A stretch of DNA of 64,000 bases from Escherichia coli (GTDB lineage: Bacteria > Pseudomonadota > Gammaproteobacteria > Enterobacterales > Enterobacteriaceae): assembly GCF_024502345.1 (NCBI RefSeq), contig NZ_JALDNN010000001.1; one strand, written 5' to 3'. The notes beneath the pieces are model-generated. The model made no database searches. It was not told the DNA's origin and worked only from the letters and a program-made list of their open reading frames with translations. Every line of letters begins with the position of its first letter. The first letter of the stretch is position 1. The translations under genes and the position numbers were made by a program. Of this stretch, positions 20,066 to 30,302 are shown piece by piece.

Positions 20066-20746
20066 ATGATTAACGTACAAAACGTCAGTAAAACCTTCAT
20101 CCTGCACCAGCAAAACGGCGTGCGCCTGCCCGTCCTCAACCGCGCCTCGCTCACCGTCAACGCGGGCGAATGCGTGGTGCTCCACGGCCATTCCGGCAGC
20201 GGAAAATCAACCCTGCTACGCTCGCTGTACGCCAACTATCTGCCCGACGAAGGGCAAATCCAGATCAAACACGGTGACGAATGGGTCGATCTGGTCACCG
20301 CGCCAGCGCGCAAAGTGGTGGAAATCCGCAAAACCACCGTTGGCTGGGTGAGCCAGTTTCTGCGCGTCATCCCGCGTATTTCAGCACTGGAAGTGGTAAT
20401 GCAGCCGCTGCTCGATACCGGCGTACCGCGTGAAGCCTGCGCCGCTAAAGCCGCGCGTCTGCTCACCCGCCTGAACGTGCCGGAACGCCTGTGGCATCTG
20501 GCGCCATCGACCTTCTCCGGCGGCGAACAGCAGCGCGTCAACATCGCCCGCGGCTTTATCGTCGACTACCCGATTCTGCTGCTCGACGAACCTACCGCCT
20601 CGCTGGACGCTAAAAACAGCGCCGCCGTAGTGGAACTGATCCGCGAAGCCAAAGCCCGTGGCGCAGCCATCGTCGGCATCTTCCATGACGAAGCCGTACG
20701 TAATGACGTCGCCGACCGCCTGCACCCAATGGGAGCCTCTTCATGA
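20066..20746 (+). CDS. phnL: C-P lyase-associated ABC-type ATPase
   Basis: 226-aa product from [11 protein letters not shown]; Walker [10 protein letters not shown]. Confidence 0.92.
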   Translation: MINVQNVSKTFILHQQNGVRLPVLNRASLTVNAGECVVLHGHSGSGKSTLLRSLYANYLPDEGQIQIKHGDEWVDLVTAPARKVVEIRKTTVGWVSQFLRVIPRISALEVVMQPLLDTGVPREACAAKAARLLTRLNVPERLWHLAPSTFSGGEQQRVNIARGFIVDYPILLLDEPTASLDAKNSAAVVELIREAKARGAAIVGIFHDEAVRNDVADRLHPMGASS

Positions 20747-21879
20747 TTATCAATAACGTTAAACTGGTGCTGGAAAACGAAGTCGTACACGGTTCGCTGG
20801 AGATGCAGGACGGCGAAATCCGCGCCTTTGCCGAAAGCCAGAGCCGCCTGCCGGAGGCGATGGACGGCGAAGGCGGCTGGCTGCTGCCGGGGCTGATTGA
20901 GCTGCATACCGATAACCTGGATAAATTCTTCACCCCGCGCCCGAAAGTCGACTGGCCTGCCCACTCGGCGATGAGCAGCCACGACGCGCTGATGGTGGCG
21001 AGCGGCATCACCACCGTACTGGATGCCGTGGCAATTGGCGACGTGCGCGACGGCGGCGATCGGCTGGAGAATCTGGAGAAGATGATCAACGCCATCGAAG
21101 AGACGCAGAAACGCGGCGTCAACCGCGCCGAGCACCGCCTGCACCTGCGCTGCGAGCTGCCGCACCACACCACGCTGCCGCTGTTTGAAAAACTGGTGCA
21201 GCGCGAACCGGTGACGCTGGTGTCGCTGATGGACCACTCGCCGGGCCAGCGCCAGTTCGCCAACCGCGAGAAGTATCGCGAATATTATCAGGGTAAATAC
21301 TCGCTCACTGATGCGCAGATGCAGCAGTACGAAGAAGAGCAACTGGCGCTCGCCGCACGCTGGTCGCAGCCGAATCGCGAATCCATCGCCGCCGTGTGCC
21401 GCGCGCGAAAAATTGCGCTTGCCAGCCACGATGACGCCACGCACGCCCACGTTGCCGAATCCCACCAGCTTGGCAGCGTGATCGCCGAATTTCCCACCAC
21501 GTTTGAAGCAGCGGAAGCCTCGCGCAAGCATGGCATGAACGTGCTGATGGGCGCGCCAAATATCGTGCGCGGCGGTTCGCACTCCGGCAACGTGGCGGCC
21601 AGTGAACTGGCGCAGCTTGGCCTGCTGGATATCCTCTCTTCCGACTACTACCCCGCCAGCCTGCTGGATGCGGCGTTCCGCGTCGCCGATGACCAGAGCA
21701 ACCGCTTTACGCTGCCGCAGGCAGTGAGGCTGGTAACTAAAAATCCGGCGCAGGCGCTTAATCTCCAGGATCGCGGGGTGATTGGCGAGGGCAAACGCGC
21801 CGACCTGGTGCTGGCGCATCGCAAGGGCAACCACATTCATATCGACCACGTCTGGCGTCAGGGTAAAAGGGTGTTCTGA
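20743..21879 (+). CDS. phnM: Amidohydrolase-family C-P lyase component (triphosphate ester diphosphatase)
   Basis: 378-aa ORF; operon position. Confidence 0.92.
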   Translation: MIINNVKLVLENEVVHGSLEMQDGEIRAFAESQSRLPEAMDGEGGWLLPGLIELHTDNLDKFFTPRPKVDWPAHSAMSSHDALMVASGITTVLDAVAIGDVRDGGDRLENLEKMINAIEETQKRGVNRAEHRLHLRCELPHHTTLPLFEKLVQREPVTLVSLMDHSPGQRQFANREKYREYYQGKYSLTDAQMQQYEEEQLALAARWSQPNRESIAAVCRARKIALASHDDATHAHVAESHQLGSVIAEFPTTFEAAEASRKHGMNVLMGAPNIVRGGSHSGNVAASELAQLGLLDILSSDYYPASLLDAAFRVADDQSNRFTLPQAVRLVTKNPAQALNLQDRGVIGEGKRADLVLAHRKGNHIHIDHVWRQGKRVF

Positions 21880-21881
21880 TA

Positions 21882-22436
21882 ATGGGAAAACTGATTTGGT
21901 TAATGGGGCCGTCCGGCTCCGGGAAAGACAGCCTGCTGGCGGAACTCCGCCTGCGGGAACAAACTCAGCTACTGGTGGCGCATCGCTACATCACGCGCGA
22001 CGCCAGCGCCGGAAGCGAAAACCATATCGCCCTGAGCGAGCAGGAGTTTTTTACCCGCGCGGGGCAAAACCTACTGGCCTTAAGCTGGCACGCTAACGGT
22101 CTGTATTATGGCGTCGGCGTCGAGATCGACCTCTGGCTGCACGCCGGATTCGACGTGCTGGTCAACGGCTCACGCGCCCATCTGCCGCAGGCGCGGGCGC
22201 GCTATCAATCGGCGCTGCTGCCCATCTGCTTACAGGTTTCGCCAGAGATCCTGCGACAGCGCCTGGAAAACCGTGGACGCGAAAACGCCAGTGAAATTAA
22301 CGCCCGGCTGGCGCGCGCTGCCCGCTATACTCCACAGGATTGCCATACGCTCAATAATGACGGTAGCCTGCGCCAGTCGGTCGACACGCTGCTGACGCTG
22401 ATTCATCAGAAGGAGAAACACCATGCCTGCTTGTGA
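21882..22436 (+). CDS. phnN: Ribose 1,5-bisphosphate phosphokinase
   Basis: P-loop GPSGSGKDS; 184-aa ORF. Confidence 0.92.
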
Positions 22437-22857
22437 GCTTCGCCCGGCCACGCAGTACGACACCGACGCGGTTTACGCGCTGATTTGCGAGCTAAAACAG
22501 GCGGAGTTTGACCACCACGCGTTTCGCGTGGGCTTTAACGCCAACCTGCGCGACCCGAACATGCGCTACCATCTGGCGCTGCTGGATGGCGAAGTTGTCG
22601 GCATGATCGGCCTGCATTTGCAGTTTCATCTGCATCATGTCAACTGGATCGGCGAAATTCAGGAGCTGGTGGTGATGCCGCAGGCGCGCGGCCTGAACGT
22701 CGGCAGTAAATTGCTGGCGTGGGCAGAAGAAGAAGCCCGCCAGGCCGGGGCCGAAATGACCGAACTTTCCACCAACGTGAAGCGCCACGACGCACACCGT
22801 TTCTATCTGCGCGAAGGCTACGAGCAGAGCCACTTCCGCTTCACGAAGGCGCTGTAA
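22423..22857 (+). CDS. phnO: Aminoalkylphosphonate N-acetyltransferase (GNAT)
   Basis: 144-aa GNAT-like ORF. Confidence 0.9.
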
Positions 22858-22858
22858 C

Positions 22859-23617
22859 ATGAGCCTGACCCTCACGCTCACCGGCACCGGCGGCGCACAG
22901 GGCGTTCCGGCATGGGGCTGCGAGTGTGCGGCCTGCGCCAGAGCGCGGCGCTCGCCGCAGTATCGCCGCCAGCCGTGCAGCGGCGTAGTAAAGTTTAACG
23001 ACGCAATCACCCTGATCGACGCCGGGCTGCACGATCTCGCCGATCGCTGGTCGCCCGGTTCGTTCCAGCAGTTTTTGCTGACGCACTACCATATGGATCA
23101 CGTGCAGGGGCTATTCCCGCTGCGCTGGGGCGTGGGCGATCCGATCCCGGTTTACGGCCCACCGGATGAACAGGGCTGCGACGATCTGTTTAAACATCCG
23201 GGCCTGCTTGATTTTAGCCACACGGTGGAACCGTTTGTAGTGTTTGATTTGCAGGGATTGCAGGTCACGCCGCTGCCGCTCAACCACTCAAAACTGACCT
23301 TCGGTTATCTGCTGGAAACGGCACACAGCCGGGTGGCGTGGCTGTCTGACACCGCTGGCTTGCCGGAAAAAACGCTGAAATTTTTACGCAATAATCAGCC
23401 GCAGGTAATGGTGATTGATTGCAGCCACCCGCCGCGCGAGGATGCGCCACGTAATCACTGTGATTTAAACACCGTGCTTGCGCTGAATCAGGTTATCCGC
23501 TCGCCGCGCGTGGTTCTGACCCATATCAGCCACCAGTTTGATGCGTGGCTGATGGAAAACGCACTGCCGTCGGGGTTTGAGGCGGGGTTTGATGGGATGG
23601 AGATTGGGGTGGCGTGA
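22859..23617 (+). CDS. phnP: Metallo-beta-lactamase-fold phosphodiesterase
   Basis: HxHxDH motif ([10 protein letters not shown]); 252 aa. Confidence 0.92.
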   Translation: MSLTLTLTGTGGAQGVPAWGCECAACARARRSPQYRRQPCSGVVKFNDAITLIDAGLHDLADRWSPGSFQQFLLTHYHMDHVQGLFPLRWGVGDPIPVYGPPDEQGCDDLFKHPGLLDFSHTVEPFVVFDLQGLQVTPLPLNHSKLTFGYLLETAHSRVAWLSDTAGLPEKTLKFLRNNQPQVMVIDCSHPPREDAPRNHCDLNTVLALNQVIRSPRVVLTHISHQFDAWLMENALPSGFEAGFDGMEIGVA

Positions 23618-23640
23618 TGAGAGGGAATGTGCGCGCTGGC

Positions 23641-23740
23641 CCCCTCACCCTAACCCTCTCCCCAGAGGGGCGAGGGGACCGATTGTGCTCGATATTGAAT
23701 ATTACGCTGGTTTTCTCCCTCTCCCCATTGGGGTGAGGGG
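23641..23740. repeat. Pair of GC-rich imperfect palindromes downstream of phnP
   Basis: ccctctcccc-aga-ggggcgagggg and ccctctcccc-att-ggggtgagggg, flanked by cccctcaccc / gggtgagggg. Confidence 0.5.
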
Positions 23741-23763
23741 CGATGCCTGCTCCATACCCAACC

Positions 23764-24093
23764 TCATCGCCCATACTCATCTTCCATTCTCCGCTCTTCA
23801 TCTTCTAGCTGCCGACGCTCCTGATCAAGCTGGCGCTGGCGATCGTCCAGCTGCCTGCGGCGATCTTCAAACTGGCGGCGGCGGTCGTCATATTGTCTGC
23901 GCCGATCGTCGCTCACTTCACGCTGCCAGCCGTCGTCGCGCGAATCTTCATAGTCTCGCCCACGGTCAGGGTTATAAGCGTCGTTAATCGCCTGCTGAAT
24001 ATTGCCAATGGTGTCGTCGATAATATCGGCCTGGGCCGGTACGGTGGTCAGCGTGAGCAGGGTGAATAAAAGAAATAGCGGAAAGCGTTTCAT
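23764..24093 (-). CDS. yjdP: Secreted low-complexity Asp/Arg-rich protein
   Basis: 109-aa ORF with signal peptide then DDRRRQ-type charged repeats. Confidence 0.8.
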   Translation of the reverse strand: MKRFPLFLLFTLLTLTTVPAQADIIDDTIGNIQQAINDAYNPDRGRDYEDSRDDGWQREVSDDRRRQYDDRRRQFEDRRRQLDDRQRQLDQERRQLEDEERRMEDEYGR

Positions 24094-24161
24094 TAGCCAA
24101 CCTCAAAAAGAAACTCTATCCACATTAGTCATTACTCATCCATGCAAGTAGTGGATGAATC

Positions 24162-24479
24162 TCAATTTCTCCGCTGCTCTATTGCCGTAATCGCTTCCAC
24201 GCTTTGTTGATGACGACCGCCTTCGTACTGTGCGCCCAGCCACGCATCCACAATCATTTTTGCCAGTTCGAGGCCAACCACTCGTGAACCAAAAGCCAGT
24301 GCAACTTCACTGGCGTAATGCGGATAATCAGTGCGCTCTGACGACCTGGTTTCTTTATCAATCCCCTCACTCATTGACCATGAATAAAAGGCTGGCACAG
24401 CAACACAGAATCCTGCGGTGCCAGCGACATGACCGCCCATTGCTCCGGTACGTTTTTTAATAAAAAACACCGGTTGCAT
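24162..24479 (-). pseudogene. rpiB: Decayed remnant of ribose-5-phosphate isomerase B
   Basis: 105-codon ORF whose C-terminus (FGSRVVGLELAKMIVDAWLGAQYEGGRHQQ.VEAITAIEQRRN) and SSERTDYPHYAS segment match RpiB as I recall it (about 149 aa), with about 44 codons missing internally and a diverged N-terminus. Confidence 0.5.
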
Positions 24480-24731
24480 TGATTAATTGTGCTCAGTATT
24501 TGCCGAAGTACAATATATATAATAAATATATAAAACACCTCATATTATTTACAGAGATAATAAATTCGCGTACTTTTCCCTCTTCAGCACAAATGCCTAA
24601 TAAAATGGATCGTTCCGCTCACACTTCCACTTATTAAAGTCGCAATTTCCCAATTATGATAACGCCAGCTTTAAATGACGTATTTTGCATGGATTACATA
24701 TTTACGACATAAATGATAAATGGAGATTTAT

Positions 24732-26717
24732 ATGAATAACTCTCGGTTATTCCGTTTGAGCAGGATTGTTATTGCGTTAACTGCCGCCAGCGGCATGATG
24801 GTAAATACCGCTTACGCGAAAGAGGAAGCGAAAACCGCCACTCAATATACCCAACAGGTTAATCAGAATTACGCCAAATCATTACCGTTTAGCGATCGTC
24901 AGGATTTTGACGATGCCCAGCGTGGATTTATCGCCCCGCTGCTGGATGAAGGTATTCTGCGTGATGCGAACGGTAAAGTTTACTACCGCGCAGACGATTA
25001 CAAATTTGATATTAATGCCGCTGCGCCGGAAACCGTAAACCCCAGCCTGTGGCGTCAGTCGCAGATCAACGGCATTTCTGGCCTGTTCAAAGTCACCGAT
25101 AAAATGTATCAGGTGCGCGGCCAGGATATCTCTAACATTACGTTCGTTGAGGGGGAGAAAGGCATTATTGTCATCGACCCGCTGGTGACGCCGCCTGCCG
25201 CAAAAGCCGCACTTGACCTTTACTTCCAGCATCGTCCGCAAAAACCGATTGTTGCCGTTATCTACACTCACAGCCACACCGACCACTATGGTGGCGTGAA
25301 AGGCATTATCTCTGAAGCCGATGTTAAATCCGGCAAAGTACAGGTGATTGCCCCTGCTGGCTTTATGGACGAAGCCATCAGCGAAAACGTGCTGGCGGGT
25401 AACATCATGAGCCGCCGTGCGCTCTACTCTTACGGTCTGTTACTGCCACACAACGCGCAAGGCAACGTGGGTAATGGCCTTGGCGTGACGCTGGCAACGG
25501 GCGACCCGAGCATTATTGCACCGACTAAAACTATCGTCAGAACTGGCGAGAAGATGATTATCGACGGCCTGGAGTTTGACTTCCTGATGACCCCAGGTAG
25601 CGAAGCACCAGCCGAAATGCACTTCTATATTCCGGCCCTGAAAGCCCTGTGTACCGCCGAAAACGCCACGCATACCCTGCACAACTTCTACACTCTGCGC
25701 GGCGCGAAAACCCGCGATACCAGCAAGTGGACCGAGTACCTGAACGAAACGCTGGATATGTGGGGTAACGACGCGGAAGTGCTGTTTATGCCGCACACCT
25801 GGCCGGTCTGGGGCAATAAGCATATCAATGATTATATTGGTAAATATCGCGATACCATCAAGTATATTCACGATCAAACCCTGCATCTGGCGAACCAGGG
25901 CTACACCATGAATGAAATCGGCGACATGATTAAGCTGCCGCCTGCACTTGCCAATAACTGGGCCAGCCGTGGCTATTACGGTTCTGTCAGCCACAACGCC
26001 CGCGCGGTGTATAACTTCTATCTTGGCTATTACGACGGTAACCCGGCTAACCTGCATCCGTATGGTCAGGTAGAGATGGGCAAACGTTACGTGAAAGCGC
26101 TGGGCGGTTCTGCCCGTGTCATCAACCTGGCGCAAGAAGCGAACAAGCAAGGTGATTACCGCTGGTCGGCAGAACTGCTGAAACAGGTGATTGCCGCCAA
26201 CCCGGGTGACCAGGTCGCGAAGAATCTGCAAGCGAATAACTTTGAACAGCTGGGCTATCAGGCCGAGTCCGCCACATGGCGCGGTTTCTACCTGACCGGC
26301 GCGAAAGAGCTGCGCGAAGGGGTGCATAAGTTCAGCCACGGCACCACCGGTTCCCCGGACACCATTCGCGGAATGTCGGTCGAAATGCTGTTCGACTTTA
26401 TGTCCGTTCGCCTCGATAGCGAAAAAGCCGCGGGTAAAAATATCAGCCTGAACTTCAATATGAGCAACGGCGATAACCTCAACCTGACGCTGAACGATAG
26501 CGTGCTTAACTACCGTAAAACGCTGCAATCCCAAGCTGACGCCTCTTTCTACATCAGTCGTGAAGATCTGCACGCCGTGCTGACCGGACAAGCCAAAATG
26601 GCAGATCTGGTAAAAGCGAAGAAAGCCAAAATTATTGGCAATGGCGCGAAACTGGAAGAAATTATCGCCTGTCTGGATAATTTCGATTTGTGGGTGAATA
26701 TCGTAACCCCAAATTAA
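24732..26717 (+). CDS. yjcS: Secreted metallo-beta-lactamase-fold alkyl sulfatase-like protein
   Basis: 661-aa product with signal peptide and HxHxDH motif (HSHTDHYGG). Confidence 0.9.
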   Translation: MNNSRLFRLSRIVIALTAASGMMVNTAYAKEEAKTATQYTQQVNQNYAKSLPFSDRQDFDDAQRGFIAPLLDEGILRDANGKVYYRADDYKFDINAAAPETVNPSLWRQSQINGISGLFKVTDKMYQVRGQDISNITFVEGEKGIIVIDPLVTPPAAKAALDLYFQHRPQKPIVAVIYTHSHTDHYGGVKGIISEADVKSGKVQVIAPAGFMDEAISENVLAGNIMSRRALYSYGLLLPHNAQGNVGNGLGVTLATGDPSIIAPTKTIVRTGEKMIIDGLEFDFLMTPGSEAPAEMHFYIPALKALCTAENATHTLHNFYTLRGAKTRDTSKWTEYLNETLDMWGNDAEVLFMPHTWPVWGNKHINDYIGKYRDTIKYIHDQTLHLANQGYTMNEIGDMIKLPPALANNWASRGYYGSVSHNARAVYNFYLGYYDGNPANLHPYGQVEMGKRYVKALGGSARVINLAQEANKQGDYRWSAELLKQVIAANPGDQVAKNLQANNFEQLGYQAESATWRGFYLTGAKELREGVHKFSHGTTGSPDTIRGMSVEMLFDFMSVRLDSEKAAGKNISLNFNMSNGDNLNLTLNDSVLNYRKTLQSQADASFYISREDLHAVLTGQAKMADLVKAKKAKIIGNGAKLEEIIACLDNFDLWVNIVTPN

Positions 26718-26726
26718 TGTCACTCG

Positions 26727-26770
26727 CTTTTGGGGGCCCTGAAGCCCCCAAAAGCATTTATTTTAAAAAT
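26727..26770 (+). terminator. Rho-independent terminator after yjcS
   Basis: Stem cttttgggggc/gcccccaaaag followed by a T-rich tract. Confidence 0.6.
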
Positions 26771-26925
26771 ATATACAGCCAATTAATAAATAAAATATAT
26801 AAGTTATGAATGCGGTGGCTGAATAAAGCTATTTTTATTCATCGAGAAAATAGCCATACTGACGCCTTCAATGGATATTGATATTCACTACAGATATTGT
26901 TCGCAGCAGACAGGATGTATTTAAT

Positions 26926-27201
26926 ATGCCAACAGTTCTCTCTCGCATGGCGATGCAACTCAAAAAAACAGCCTGGATAATTCCCGTCTTCATGGTATCG
27001 GGATGCTCATTATCTCCGGCAATCCCGGTGATCGGCGCTTATTATCCCAGCTGGTTTTTCTGCGCCATTGCCAGCCTTATATTGACGCTCATCACGAGGC
27101 GAGTTATTCAGCGGGCAAATATCAAGCTGGCATTTGTCGGAATTATTTATACCGCCCTTTTTGCTCTCTACGCCATGCTGTTCTGGCTGGCATTTTTCTA
27201 A
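26926..27201 (+). CDS. ytcA: Small lipoprotein-like membrane protein preceding mdtNOP
   Basis: 91-aa product from MPTVLSRMAMQLKK with lipobox-like VSGC; the tool ORF is extended upstream. Confidence 0.75.
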   Translation: MPTVLSRMAMQLKKTAWIIPVFMVSGCSLSPAIPVIGAYYPSWFFCAIASLILTLITRRVIQRANIKLAFVGIIYTALFALYAMLFWLAFF

Positions 27202-27219
27202 TCTATTTGAGACGCGCTC

Positions 27220-28251
27220 ATGGAAAGTACGCCGAAAAAAGCTCCTCGCAGTAAATTCCCTGCTCTGTTAGTGGTTGCGTTGGCGCTGGTTGCCCTTGTT
27301 TTCGTTATCTGGCGCGTAGACAGTGCGCCATCAACTAATGACGCTTACGCGTCAGCAGATACCATTGATGTGGTGCCGGAAGTCAGCGGTCGCATTGTAG
27401 AACTGGCGGTCACCGACAACCAGGCAGTCAAACAGGGCGATTTGCTGTTCCGCATCGACCCGCGCCCGTACGAAGCCAATCTGGCGAAAGCCGAAGCCTC
27501 CCTCGCGGCGCTGGATAAACAAATTATGCTCACCCAGCGTAGCGTTGACGCGCAACAGTTTGGTGCCGACTCGGTTAATGCCACGGTAGAAAAAGCCCGT
27601 GCCGCCGCGAAACAGGCCACAGATACATTACGCCGCACCGAGCCATTACTGAAAGAAGGTTTTGTCTCAGCGGAAGACGTTGACCGTGCGAGGACCGCGC
27701 AGCGCGCCGCAGAAGCGGATCTTAATGCCGTATTGTTACAGGCGCAGTCAGCCGCCAGCGCCGTCAGCGGCGTGGATGCATTAGTTGCCCAGCGTGCGGC
27801 GGTCGAAGCGGATATTGCCCTGACCAAACTGCATCTGGAAATGGCGACCGTTCGCGCACCGTTTGATGGCCGGGTCATTTCCCTCAAAACCTCCGTCGGG
27901 CAATTTGCTTCTGCCATGCGCCCTATTTTTACCCTAATCGACACTCGTCACTGGTACGTGATCGCCAACTTCCGCGAAACCGATCTGAAAAATATTCGCT
28001 CAGGTACACCCGCAACGATTCGCCTGATGAGTGACAGCGGCAAAACTTTCGAGGGTAAAGTGGATTCAATTGGCTACGGCGTGCTACCGGATGACGGCGG
28101 CCTGGTGCTGGGCGGCCTGCCGAAAGTTTCTCGTTCTATTAACTGGGTCCGCGTTGCCCAGCGTTTTCCGGTCAAAATCATGGTTGATAAACCTGACCCG
28201 GAAATGTTCCGCATCGGCGCTTCGGCAGTCGCTAATCTTGAGCCGCAATAA
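27220..28251 (+). CDS. mdtN: Membrane fusion protein of a putative efflux system
   Basis: 343-aa ORF with single N-terminal TM then coiled-coil/HlyD-like region. Confidence 0.9.
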   Translation: MESTPKKAPRSKFPALLVVALALVALVFVIWRVDSAPSTNDAYASADTIDVVPEVSGRIVELAVTDNQAVKQGDLLFRIDPRPYEANLAKAEASLAALDKQIMLTQRSVDAQQFGADSVNATVEKARAAAKQATDTLRRTEPLLKEGFVSAEDVDRARTAQRAAEADLNAVLLQAQSAASAVSGVDALVAQRAAVEADIALTKLHLEMATVRAPFDGRVISLKTSVGQFASAMRPIFTLIDTRHWYVIANFRETDLKNIRSGTPATIRLMSDSGKTFEGKVDSIGYGVLPDDGGLVLGGLPKVSRSINWVRVAQRFPVKIMVDKPDPEMFRIGASAVANLEPQ

Positions 28252-30302
28252 TGAGCGCACTCAACTCCCTGCCATTACCGGTGGTCAGGCTGCTGGCGTT
28301 CTTTCATGAAGAGTTAAGCGAGCGGCGACCAGGTCGCGTGCCGCAGACCGTGCAACTCTGGGTAGGCTGCCTGCTGGTGATTCTGATCTCGATGACCTTT
28401 GAGATCCCTTTCGTGGCGTTATCGCTGGCAGTGCTGTTTTACGGTATTCAGTCGAACGCGTTTTACACCAAATTTGTGGCGATCTTGTTTGTGGTTGCCA
28501 CGGTGCTGGAGATCGGCAGCCTGTTTTTGATCTACAAATGGTCATACGGCGAGCCTCTGATCCGGCTGATCATCGCCGGACCGATCCTGATGGGCTGCAT
28601 GTTTTTGATGCGCACCCATCGGTTGGGGCTGGTCTTTTTCGCCGTCGCCATTGTCGCTATTTACGGGCAAACCTTCCCCGCCATGCTCGACTATCCGGAA
28701 GTGGTCGTGCGCTTAACCCTGTGGTGTATCGTTGTCGGCCTCTACCCGACGTTATTGATGACGTTAATCGGCGTGCTGTGGTTTCCCAGTCGTGCCATTT
28801 CGCAAATGCATCAGGTGCTTAATGATCGGCTTGATGATGCCATTAGCCACCTGACGGACAGCCTCGCACCGCTACCCGAAACGCGGATTGAAAGAGAGGC
28901 GCTGGCGCTGCAAAAACTCAATGTCTTTTGCCTCGCGGACGATGCCAACTGGCGAACTCAAAGCGCATGGTGGCAAAGCTGCGTGGCAACGGTAACCTAC
29001 ATTTACTCGACGCTGAATCGCTACGATCCCACCTCTTTTGCTGATTCTCAGGCAATTATTGAATTCCGACAAAAATTAGCTTCAGAAATCAACAAGCTGC
29101 AACATGCCATTGCCGAAGGTCAGTGCTGGCAAAGCGACTGGCGGATCAGTGAAAGTGAAGCGATGGCGGCACGGGAATGTAACCTGGAGAATATCTGCCA
29201 GACGCTGTTACAGCTTGGTCAGATGGACCCGAATACGCCGCCAACGCCCGCCGCCAAACCGCCATCAATGGTCGCCGATGCTTTTACCAATCCAGACTAT
29301 ATGCGCTACGCGGTAAAAACGCTGCTCGCCTGTTTGATCTGTTACACCTTCTACAGCGGCGTGGACTGGGAAGGCATTCACACCTGTATGCTGACCTGCG
29401 TGATCGTCGCTAACCCAAATGTCGGTTCGTCGTACCAGAAGATGGTGCTGCGTTTTGGCGGGGCCTTTTGCGGCGCGATTCTGGCGCTGTTATTCACGCT
29501 ACTGGTCATGCCCTGGCTGGACAATATTGTCGAATTACTGTTTGTGCTGGCACCGATTTTCCTGTTGGGCGCATGGATTGCCACCAGCTCTGAACGCTCT
29601 TCTTATATCGGCACACAGATGGTGGTCACCTTCGCGCTCGCCACGCTCGAAAACGTTTTTGGTCCGGTGTACGACCTGGTGGAAATTCGCGATCGCGCCC
29701 TGGGTATCATCATTGGTACCGTGGTGTCTGCGGTGATTTACACCTTTGTCTGGCCTGAAAGTGAAGCGCGCACACTGCCGCAAAAACTGGCCGGTGCGCT
29801 GGGTATGCTAAGTAAAGTAATGCGGATCCCACGCCAGCAGGAAGTCACGGCTCTGCGCACTTATCTGCAAATTCGTATAGGTCTGCATGCGGCGTTTAAT
29901 GCCTGTGAAGAGATGTGCCAACGCGTGGCGCTGGAGCGTCAACTGGACAGCGAAGAACGCGCCTTACTGATTGAACGTTCGCAAACGGTTATTCGTCAGG
30001 GCCGCGATCTTCTTCACGCCTGGGATGCCACCTGGAACTCGGCGCAGGCGCTGGATAACGCACTACAGCCGGACAGAGCAGGTCAGTTTGCCGACGCCCT
30101 GGAAAAATACGCTGCCGGTCTGGCAACCGCACTCAGCCGTTCTCCTCAAATAACGCTTGAAGAGACACCCGCCTCGCAGGCCATCCTGCCCACCTTATTA
30201 AAACAGGAGCAACACGTCTGCCAGCTTTTCGCCCGCTTGCCAGACTGGACAGCCCCGGCATTAACGCCCGCCACGAAACAGGCACAAGGAGCCACGCAAT
30301 GA
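28251..30302 (+). CDS. mdtO: Inner-membrane efflux component (aromatic acid exporter-like)
   Basis: 683-aa ORF with two hydrophobic TM clusters; coupled to mdtN and mdtP. Confidence 0.9.
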   Translation: MSALNSLPLPVVRLLAFFHEELSERRPGRVPQTVQLWVGCLLVILISMTFEIPFVALSLAVLFYGIQSNAFYTKFVAILFVVATVLEIGSLFLIYKWSYGEPLIRLIIAGPILMGCMFLMRTHRLGLVFFAVAIVAIYGQTFPAMLDYPEVVVRLTLWCIVVGLYPTLLMTLIGVLWFPSRAISQMHQVLNDRLDDAISHLTDSLAPLPETRIEREALALQKLNVFCLADDANWRTQSAWWQSCVATVTYIYSTLNRYDPTSFADSQAIIEFRQKLASEINKLQHAIAEGQCWQSDWRISESEAMAARECNLENICQTLLQLGQMDPNTPPTPAAKPPSMVADAFTNPDYMRYAVKTLLACLICYTFYSGVDWEGIHTCMLTCVIVANPNVGSSYQKMVLRFGGAFCGAILALLFTLLVMPWLDNIVELLFVLAPIFLLGAWIATSSERSSYIGTQMVVTFALATLENVFGPVYDLVEIRDRALGIIIGTVVSAVIYTFVWPESEARTLPQKLAGALGMLSKVMRIPRQQEVTALRTYLQIRIGLHAAFNACEEMCQRVALERQLDSEERALLIERSQTVIRQGRDLLHAWDATWNSAQALDNALQPDRAGQFADALEKYAAGLATALSRSPQITLEETPASQAILPTLLKQEQHVCQLFARLPDWTAPALTPATKQAQGATQ

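Noticed and set aside
20566-21849. 427-aa minus-strand ORF antisense to phnM
   Set aside because: Lies entirely inside the well-supported phnM gene; long antisense ORFs of this kind are expected in GC-rich coding DNA. The same applies to similar ORFs antisense to phnD/phnE (13776..14453, 14595..15530), phnF/phnG (15971..16591) and phnI (17280..17759, 17859..18296).
23641-23740. Possible CRISPR-like repeat
   Set aside because: Only two palindromic copies with no regular spacer architecture and no cas genes nearby; better explained as a terminator or box-type repeat.
25440-26723. 427-aa minus-strand ORF antisense to yjcS
   Set aside because: Fully nested antisense to a gene with clear signal peptide and metallo-hydrolase motifs; no independent start context.
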